DNA of 64,000 bases. Source: a virus. Within the stretch, counting starts at the first letter, position 1, and the number at the start of each line of letters is the position of its first letter. Below are positions 57,598-64,000 of the stretch, piece after piece. The stretch spans positions 1 through 64,000 of IMG/VR virus record IMGVR_UViG_3300020478_000004; one strand, given 5' to 3'. The translations under genes and the position numbers were made by a program. Under the pieces are notes generated by a model. That model was not told the DNA's origin and did no database searches. It saw only the letters and a list, made by a program, of their open reading frames with translations.

Positions 57598-57621
57598 ATC
57601 ACTTTTTCGGCAACATAGAAC

Positions 57622-57650
57622 TTGACTTACTAAATAAAAGATAGTAGTAT
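57622..57650 (+). promoter_or_regulatory. Sigma70-like promoter TTGACT-N17-TAGTAT, with an internal late-type TAAATA at 57631-36
   Basis: Upstream of the gp32 gene, 17-nt spacer. Confidence 0.6.
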
Positions 57651-57716
57651 ATACGATATGTGCTACTGCTTAAGGCACTAAAGCGATAGGCTTAAAAATA
57701 TAAGGAGGCTTAAATT

Positions 57717-58679
57717 ATGGCTACATTAGCAGAAATTCGTGCAAAACTTAAAGAACAAGAGAATCGCTCTTCTGGCGGTTCAGGCGGCGGCGACAACGCC
57801 ATTTACCCATTTTGGAATTTGAAAGAAGGAGAATCGGCAACGATTCGTTTCTTACCAGACGGAGATGAAAATAACACTTTCTTCTGGCAGGAACGTTTGA
57901 TGATCAAACTACCTTTTGCAGGTGTTAAGAATGAATCCGATTCTAGACCTGTACAAGTTCAAGTACCATGTATGGAAATGTATGGTGAAACTTGCCCTGT
58001 ATTAAGTGAAGTACGTGGTTGGTTCAAAGATAAAAATTTGGAAGACATGGGACGTAAATATTGGAAGAAACGTTCATATGTGTTTCAAGGCTTTGTAACT
58101 GATAACCCTCTTAAAGAGGACAATTCACCAGAAAACCCAATTCGTAGGTTTATCATTGGTCCGCAAATTTTTCAAATCATAAAGGGTGCATTAATGGATC
58201 CTGACATGAATGAATTACCAACAGACTATACCGCAGGTGTAGACTTTAGAATTTCTAAAACTTCTAAAGGTGGTTATGCAGACTATTCAACTTCAACATG
58301 GGCTCGTAAAGAGCGTCCTTTGAACGAAGACGAGTATAAGGCAATCGAAAATCATGGATTGTTTACTCTTAGCGACTACTTACCTAAGAAACCTAGTGAA
58401 GTAGAAGTTGAAGCTATCAAAGAGATGTTTGAAAAATCTGTTGATGGTGAAGCATACGATATGGACAAATTTGGAAATTATTTCCGTCCAGCGGGAATGT
58501 CAGCTCGTACAGGTGATCCTGTAAAGGCGACTACTCCAAGTCCAAAAGCAACTCCAACTCCAGAAGCAACTGTAACTGAGAGTGTTGCAACTGAAACAGC
58601 AGAAGCACCAAAAACTGACAACAATAAAGCGGAAGACATTTTAGCAATGATCCGCAATCGTCAGAACGACGCTAGTTAA
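57717..58679 (+). CDS. Single-stranded DNA-binding protein (T4 gp32-like)
   Basis: ATIRFLP, C.EMYGETCPV Zn site, YWKKRSY, G.DF...K..KGGYADYS.S. Confidence 0.88.
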   Translation: MATLAEIRAKLKEQENRSSGGSGGGDNAIYPFWNLKEGESATIRFLPDGDENNTFFWQERLMIKLPFAGVKNESDSRPVQVQVPCMEMYGETCPVLSEVRGWFKDKNLEDMGRKYWKKRSYVFQGFVTDNPLKEDNSPENPIRRFIIGPQIFQIIKGALMDPDMNELPTDYTAGVDFRISKTSKGGYADYSTSTWARKERPLNEDEYKAIENHGLFTLSDYLPKKPSEVEVEAIKEMFEKSVDGEAYDMDKFGNYFRPAGMSARTGDPVKATTPSPKATPTPEATVTESVATETAEAPKTDNNKAEDILAMIRNRQNDAS

Positions 58680-58684
58680 AGTAT

Positions 58685-58708
58685 AAAGGGGGGCTTCGGT
58701 CCCCCTTT
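58685..58708 (+). terminator. Hairpin with cUUCGg tetraloop (terminator or stabiliser)
   Basis: AAAGGGGGGC-TTCG-GTCCCCCTTT. Confidence 0.8.
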
Positions 58709-58730
58709 CAATTTGGATTAAGGAGATATA

Positions 58731-59783
58731 ATGACCAATAAAGTATTCGACGTTTCTAAGTTTCGTAAAAACTTAACTAAATCAATAACCGGTATGAGTC
58801 ATGGGTTTCATGATCCAACTGATTGGATCAGCACAGGAAACTTTGCACTCAATTATCTTATTAGTGGCGACTTCCATAAAGGCGTACCGCTAGGTAAGGT
58901 TACAGTTCTGGCCGGTGAATCAGGTTCAGGTAAATCATTTATAGCGGCAGGTAATTTAGTACGAGCCGCACAAGAACAAGGTATCTATGTTATTCTAATT
59001 GATTCAGAAAATGCATTAGATGAAACATGGTTACAGGCATTAAATGTAGACACCGACGATAAAAAATTACTCAAATTAGGTATGAGTATGGTTGATGATG
59101 TTGCAAAAACAGTATCAACTTTTATGACAGACTACAGAGAAATGCCAGAAGAAGAACGCCCAAAAATATTATTTGTTATTGATAGTTTAGGTATGTTATT
59201 AACACCTACTGATGTTGATCAATTTACAAAAGGTGATATGAAGGGTGATATGGGACGTAAACCAAAGGCATTAACAGCTCTTGTTAGAAATTGTGTTAAT
59301 ATGTTTGGTAGTCATAATGTAGGGCTTGTAGCAACTAATCACACGTATGCATCGCAAGATATGTTTGATCCAGACGATAAGATTAGTGGTGGACAAGGCT
59401 TTATATATGCAAGTTCAATAGTTATAGCAATGAAAAAGCTAAAACTAAAAGAGGACGAAGACGGTAAAAAGGTTACTGATGTACGTGGTATTAGAGCCGC
59501 TTGTAAGGTAATGAAAACACGTTACGCCAAGCCTTTTGAATCTGTACAAGTTAAAATTCCATATGAAACTGGAATGGATCCATACTCGGGGCTAGTTGAC
59601 TTATTTGAGAAGAAAGGCCTACTAAAACAACAAGGCAATCGACTTAAATACGTTGATTCTTCAAAACAGGAGCATCTGCATTATCGGAAAGACTGGGACG
59701 GTGAGAAGTTAGAGATAATTATGAATGACTTCAAGAACCTTAATGTAGACGAGGCAGTTGAAGATGAAAACACTGAGGAGTAA
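58731..59783 (+). CDS. uvsX: RecA-like recombinase UvsX
   Basis: ISTGN.ALN..ISG, GESGSGKS, IDSENALD, VIDSLG, TNHTY, SGGQG..YASS. Confidence 0.92.
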   Translation: MTNKVFDVSKFRKNLTKSITGMSHGFHDPTDWISTGNFALNYLISGDFHKGVPLGKVTVLAGESGSGKSFIAAGNLVRAAQEQGIYVILIDSENALDETWLQALNVDTDDKKLLKLGMSMVDDVAKTVSTFMTDYREMPEEERPKILFVIDSLGMLLTPTDVDQFTKGDMKGDMGRKPKALTALVRNCVNMFGSHNVGLVATNHTYASQDMFDPDDKISGGQGFIYASSIVIAMKKLKLKEDEDGKKVTDVRGIRAACKVMKTRYAKPFESVQVKIPYETGMDPYSGLVDLFEKKGLLKQQGNRLKYVDSSKQEHLHYRKDWDGEKLEIIMNDFKNLNVDEAVEDENTEE

Positions 59784-59790
59784 AAATCTT

Positions 59791-60027
59791 ATGGAAAGTG
59801 GTTCACAAATTAGTGAAATCTGGTCATGCTTTAAAGAATATGTTGATAAAAAACATATTGAAACAGTAGCAGAACGTTTTGTTGACTTATGTGCAGACTA
59901 TGGCACACCAGATGAAGCATTTAGAGATGCACTAGGCGTAGATAACGAACTAGACAAGGCAATAACATATTACTTAGATGAGGATTTTGATGACAACGAC
60001 GATTGGACTGAAGACGAGGACTTTTAA
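59791..60027 (+). CDS. Small acidic hypothetical protein
   Basis: SD GAGGAG 59775-80. Lies between uvsX and uvsY. Confidence 0.6.
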   Translation: MESGSQISEIWSCFKEYVDKKHIETVAERFVDLCADYGTPDEAFRDALGVDNELDKAITYYLDEDFDDNDDWTEDEDF

Positions 60028-60482
60028 TGGGCTGGTATTCTGATATTGCCAAAGATGTTGGCAAGATACCTGCGGCAATTGGTTATTTTGAACATGAATT
60101 AGAAGAAGCAAAAGCTGAGGTAAGAATTAGAGGAAATGTAGAAAAATCTGCGGCGGAAATGCCGGGGATTGTTGAACATCGATTTAATCAACTTCAAGAA
60201 TTAGAAGCAATATTAGAATATTTAAACATTGAATTGCGTAGGCTAAGAAGTAGATATTTTAGAAAATATTTGGAAAATTATCAAAGAGCATTAAGTAGTC
60301 GTGACGTAGAAAAGTATGTTGACGGCGAAGCAGACGTAGTTGACTACGAAAAAATTATAAATGAGTTTGCATTAATGCGTAATAAATGGTTAGGAGTCAC
60401 AAAAGCACTCGACCAAAAACAATGGCAACTAACTAATATAGTAAAACTTCGTGTTGCAGGAATGGAAGATGCTAGACTGTAG
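60027..60482 (+). CDS. uvsY: Recombination mediator UvsY-like
   Basis: Helical, with ENY.RALSSRD.EKYVDGE...L.RNKWLG..KALD.KQWQL.N. Follows uvsX. Confidence 0.75.
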   Translation: MGWYSDIAKDVGKIPAAIGYFEHELEEAKAEVRIRGNVEKSAAEMPGIVEHRFNQLQELEAILEYLNIELRRLRSRYFRKYLENYQRALSSRDVEKYVDGEADVVDYEKIINEFALMRNKWLGVTKALDQKQWQLTNIVKLRVAGMEDARL

Positions 60483-60494
60483 AGAGGAAAATGA

Positions 60495-61196
60495 ATGAAA
60501 CTAACAGATACACAATTAGGTAAACAAATACAAGATCAATATGGTGGTAATCACCGAGGTACTGATCATAAAGAGGAAAAGGCCGAATCTAATAGATTAC
60601 CTACACCTCAAGAATATGCAGAAATGTATAAAGAAAAATACGAAAGAACAGGACATCCTGCTTTGCCAGGATCTATTCAAAAAATAGAACGATATGATCG
60701 TATGCCTAAAGCTACATTTGTTAATAGAGTAATGGGCGACTTCCAAAAAATTAGTACTGAAGAAATTTTTCCAAATAAAAAAGTTGTATTGTTTGGTTTA
60801 CCAGGTGCATTTACACCAACGTGTTCAACTAAACAATTACCAGCATATGACGAAGCATATGATAGGTTTAAAGGTCTAGGTGTTGACGAAGTTTATTGTG
60901 TATCAATGAATGATGGCTTTGTTATGAATGCTTGGGGTGAACAACTTGGTATTAAAAATGTAAAATTACTTGCTGACGGCAATGGTGATTTTACACAATC
61001 CTTAGGAATGAGTGTTAATAAAAGACATCTCGGCTTTGGTCCACGTTCGTGGCGTTATTCAATTTATGTTATTAATAGCATTGTTGATAAAGCATTTATT
61101 GAACCGGGATTTAATCAAACAGGTGAAGACAATGATCCTTATGAATGTACTGATCCTGAAACAATAATCAATTATATCCAAACAACATTACGTTAA
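60495..61196 (+). CDS. Peroxiredoxin (Prx5/type II-like) with N-terminal extension
   Basis: KKVVLFGLPGAFTPTCS, CVSMND.FVMNAW, DGNG.FT, RSWRYS. Confidence 0.9.
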   Translation: MKLTDTQLGKQIQDQYGGNHRGTDHKEEKAESNRLPTPQEYAEMYKEKYERTGHPALPGSIQKIERYDRMPKATFVNRVMGDFQKISTEEIFPNKKVVLFGLPGAFTPTCSTKQLPAYDEAYDRFKGLGVDEVYCVSMNDGFVMNAWGEQLGIKNVKLLADGNGDFTQSLGMSVNKRHLGFGPRSWRYSIYVINSIVDKAFIEPGFNQTGEDNDPYECTDPETIINYIQTTLR

Positions 61197-61214
61197 TTAT
61201 TAAATACAGTTGTA

Positions 61215-61973
61215 ATGACAATTGTATTAGTAACCGGTGGATTCGATCCAATTCACTCTGGCCATATAGCATACTTCGAAGAAGCAAAAAAGCTCGGCGA
61301 TGAACTATGGGTTGGAATTAATTCTGACGCATGGCTAATGCGTAAAAAAGGTAGAGCGTTTATGCCTTTTAACGAACGTGCTACAATAGTAAAAAATCTT
61401 AAAATGGTAGATAGAGTTATTGACGTCCCAAATGACGACAAAGTTGATAATTCTGGAGGAGCTATTTTTAAATCATTTGCCGTCGGTGCTAAAAAAATTA
61501 TTTTTGCTAACGGAGGTGATAGAACTAAAGAAAATATTCCCGAAATGAAACATTGGGGTGATAATCCGAATGTAAAATTTGTATTTGGTGTAGGAGGTGA
61601 TAAACAAAATTCTAGTAGTTGGATATTAGAAGAATGGAAAAGTCCTAAAACAGTACGCAATTGGGGATGGTATAGAGTATTAGATGACAAGCCTGGTTAC
61701 AAAGTTAAAGAACTAGTAATAGAACCTGGCAAAAGTTTAAGTATGCAACGACATGAATATAGGTCCGAACATTGGTACGTATTAAAAGGCAAGTGTTTAA
61801 TTAGAACAGAATGGGAAGATAGAGTAGACGAACATAGTATTGATGAAAATAATACATATACAATTGGTAGAGCTGTATGGCATAGAGGAATTAATGAAAC
61901 ATCAAAACCGTGTCATATACTAGAAGTGCAGTACGGTGAAAAATGTATAGAGGAAGATATAGAACGTAAATGA
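61215..61973 (+). CDS. Cytidylyltransferase-like domain fused to mannose-6-phosphate-isomerase-type cupin
   Basis: TGGFDPIHSGH, GINSD, FANGGDR, then R.WG.Y.VL, KEL.I.PGKSLSMQRH..RSEHWYV. Confidence 0.85.
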   Translation: MTIVLVTGGFDPIHSGHIAYFEEAKKLGDELWVGINSDAWLMRKKGRAFMPFNERATIVKNLKMVDRVIDVPNDDKVDNSGGAIFKSFAVGAKKIIFANGGDRTKENIPEMKHWGDNPNVKFVFGVGGDKQNSSSWILEEWKSPKTVRNWGWYRVLDDKPGYKVKELVIEPGKSLSMQRHEYRSEHWYVLKGKCLIRTEWEDRVDEHSIDENNTYTIGRAVWHRGINETSKPCHILEVQYGEKCIEEDIERK

Positions 61974-62689
61974 AAACAAAAAAAGAATTAGCCTGGGAAC
62001 GTAAATTACAACAAGATATTGATCATTCGCACTTAACTGATGAAGAATGGTATATGGTAGGAGTGTGTAAACCATATACTATGACAAGCGGTAAAAGACT
62101 TTTACATACATTTAATACTGTTAAAGAACTAGATAAAAATAATATTAAAGGTGATATAGTAGAATGTGGAGTATGGCGTGGCGGACAAATAATTAGTGCC
62201 TGGTTAGCAAATAAAACAACAAATAGAAATTTTTGGTTGTTTGATACATTTGAAGGAATGACTCCTCCAACAACTAATGATTATAAAATTAATCCAGATG
62301 GATCAAAAGGATTTGCTCATGACAGTGGTAAAGCAAAAGCAGGTTATGATCAATGGTGTAGAGCAGAATTACAAGAAGTTGTAAACAATTTAAATCCATA
62401 TATTCCACAAAAGCAAACACATTACGTTGTTGGAGATATATGTGAAACACTTAAAAATCCAAAAAATATTCCTGATCAAATTGCATTACTTCGTTTAGAT
62501 ACCGACTGGTATGACAGTACAATGGCCGAATTAACACATTTATGGCCTAAAGTAGTGTCAGGCGGTATATGTGTACTAGATGATTATAACAGTTGGCAAG
62601 GTAGTAAAAAAGCCTTTCATGACACCTTTGGAGATACAATAAAGATACATACTATTGACCAGGTGGCAGTCTGGTTTCAGAAGGAGTAA
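61970..62689 (+). CDS. TylF/MycF/NovP-family sugar O-methyltransferase
   Basis: GDIVECGVWRGG, FDTFEGM, IALLRLDTDWYDST, GG.CVLDDY. Confidence 0.9.
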   Translation: MKTKKELAWERKLQQDIDHSHLTDEEWYMVGVCKPYTMTSGKRLLHTFNTVKELDKNNIKGDIVECGVWRGGQIISAWLANKTTNRNFWLFDTFEGMTPPTTNDYKINPDGSKGFAHDSGKAKAGYDQWCRAELQEVVNNLNPYIPQKQTHYVVGDICETLKNPKNIPDQIALLRLDTDWYDSTMAELTHLWPKVVSGGICVLDDYNSWQGSKKAFHDTFGDTIKIHTIDQVAVWFQKE

Positions 62690-62690
62690 T

Positions 62691-63440
62691 ATGGGTACAA
62701 GAGGCATGAGACAATTAAAAAATCCTAATCAGCTACAACTTTCGGAGTTGGCAACAAATAAAGTCTTTATAGGATATGATGTTAGAAGTGATATTCCTTG
62801 GCAGGTTTGTGAGCATAGTATTAAACGATTTAATAATAACATTGAAGTCCAACCATTAGCACAAAAGGATTTACGAGAACGTAAGTTATATTGGAGAGAT
62901 GAAGATAAACTTGCTTCAACGGAATTTACATTTACAAGATTTTTAGTGCCTGCATTAATGAATTATAACGGTTGGGCATTATTTTGTGATGATGATATTA
63001 TATTTTTAGAAGATGTACAAAACTTATTCGATTTAGCTGACAACAAATATGCAGTTATGTGTGTACAACACGATCATAATCCATCACCGGGTATGAAAAT
63101 GGATGGTCGAGTACAAACACAATATCCAAGAAAAAACTGGAGTTCGGTAGTATTATGGAACTGTGGACATCCAAGTAATCAAAAAATTACAGTTGATTTA
63201 ATTAACAATCCTGACACAACAGGAAAATATTTACATAGATTTTCTTGGCTTAAAGATGAAGAAATAGGTAAGATTTCAAACGAATGGAATTGGTTAGTTG
63301 GTTGGTATAAAGAACCACAAGACGGTACACCTAAGGCATTACATTATACAGAAGGTGGACCTTGGTTTAAAAATTATCGTGACTGTGAGTATAATCAAGT
63401 TTGGAAAGATGTACTTGCAGAAACAATGCAAGGGAAATAA
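62691..63440 (+). CDS. GT-A glycosyltransferase (GT8/CDI-like)
   Basis: VFIGYD, STEFTFTRFLVP, ALFCDDD (DxD), YPRKNWSSV.LWNC.H, HYTEGGPW. Start at ATG 62691 after SD AGGAG. Confidence 0.8.
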   Translation: MGTRGMRQLKNPNQLQLSELATNKVFIGYDVRSDIPWQVCEHSIKRFNNNIEVQPLAQKDLRERKLYWRDEDKLASTEFTFTRFLVPALMNYNGWALFCDDDIIFLEDVQNLFDLADNKYAVMCVQHDHNPSPGMKMDGRVQTQYPRKNWSSVVLWNCGHPSNQKITVDLINNPDTTGKYLHRFSWLKDEEIGKISNEWNWLVGWYKEPQDGTPKALHYTEGGPWFKNYRDCEYNQVWKDVLAETMQGK

Positions 63441-63442
63441 AA

Positions 63443-64000
63443 ATGGAATGGGACCCCAGACATTTGAAACCCGAATTAAAAAATTTAGTTAATAACATTT
63501 TAGCCGCAGTTGCACAAGGCAAAGCTAAAGATGCCGTTAATGCTGTAACTGAAGCATTTGAAGATGTTAAATCTCCTGAATTAATTTGTGTTGATAGTGG
63601 AATTAAAAAAGTAGAGAAAAAAGAAAAAGCACCATTTGGATTAGTAGATTCATTTGTAATGGCAATGGCTTTAGGTTCCAATGGAAAATATATTAGAGCA
63701 GATGATTTAGACTGGAACGATAAAACTCCTTTATTAGTTAGAGGTTTAGGCAAAACTAAAATTATTAAAAGATGTATTGAAGAAGGTAGAGATTTTTACT
63801 TTATGGATACAGGGTATATAGGAAATAATCCTAGTCCTTTAAATCCTAATGGTAAAAAGATGTATCATAGAATAGTTAAAAATGCATTACAAAATCTTCA
63901 TATGCCGGCAAGAGATAGAATTGAAGATAAAGGAAAAGATCCTCGTGATGATGATCAAACTGCACAAAGAAAATTAGACGCTAACTTATTAATAAAAGCT
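63443..64000 (+). CDS. 5' part of a probable polysaccharide-related protein (truncated by window edge)
   Basis: Open frame from ATG 63443 to the end. DFYFMDTGY...YHRIVKN resembles capsule-synthesis-like GT motifs. Confidence 0.4.
   Translation, partial: MEWDPRHLKPELKNLVNNILAAVAQGKAKDAVNAVTEAFEDVKSPELICVDSGIKKVEKKEKAPFGLVDSFVMAMALGSNGKYIRADDLDWNDKTPLLVRGLGKTKIIKRCIEEGRDFYFMDTGYIGNNPSPLNPNGKKMYHRIVKNALQNLHMPARDRIEDKGKDPRDDDQTAQRKLDANLLIKA

Noticed and set aside
43580-62690. ORF-track starts at 43580, 44430, 45366, 54059, 59758 and 62655
   Set aside because: They lie upstream of or overlap promoters, terminators or neighbouring genes, or lack an SD. Downstream ATGs (43619, 44445, 45339, 54077, 59791, 62691) fit SD or promoter spacing better.
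1155-63753. Many 60-184 aa ORFs antisense to, or out of frame within, long genes (e.g. 46812-47366, 29272-29655, 51801-52169, 63367-63753)
   Set aside because: They are shadows of the strong codon bias of the real genes, with no SD, promoter or recognisable motifs.
1-64000. tRNA, rRNA, introns or inteins (checked especially in terminase and uvsX), integrase or transposase
   Set aside because: No cloverleaf or rRNA-like segment was seen in the short intergenic gaps. Terminase and UvsX have normal uninterrupted lengths. No recombinase or transposase motifs were found.

Overview
AT-rich 64-kb segment of a large T4-like (Tevenvirinae/Kyanoviridae-like) myophage, probably aquatic; the host cannot be assigned from this window. 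Layout: 1-36.7 kb is a tail-fibre/virion-appendage region with three giant modular proteins, three Cys/Gly-rich adhesin-like proteins with two chaperones, and a GT9-like/SGNH/carbamoyltransferase cassette. 36.7-43.6 kb is a minus-strand block with neck genes gp14 and gp15 followed by a partial ADP-heptose pathway (hldE, hldD). 43.6-57.6 kb holds gp13, dNMP kinase, tail sheath and tube, gp4 and the terminases. 57.7-64 kb holds gp32, uvsX, uvsY, a peroxiredoxin and a second sugar-modification cluster. Late promoters (G/A/T)ATAAATA recur before most structural genes. Main observation: two giant virion proteins together carry seven copies of a helical domain whose core (KC[E/K]RD..Y/I......[Y/H]D[L/V/I]..G[G/S]) aligns without gaps in most copies to the bilin-attachment helix of phycobiliproteins, suggesting possibly pigment-binding phage particles. 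Second candidate system: late-expressed heptosylation with carbamoyl/methyl decoration, possibly of the virion. All family assignments come from motif recognition by eye; no database searches were run.
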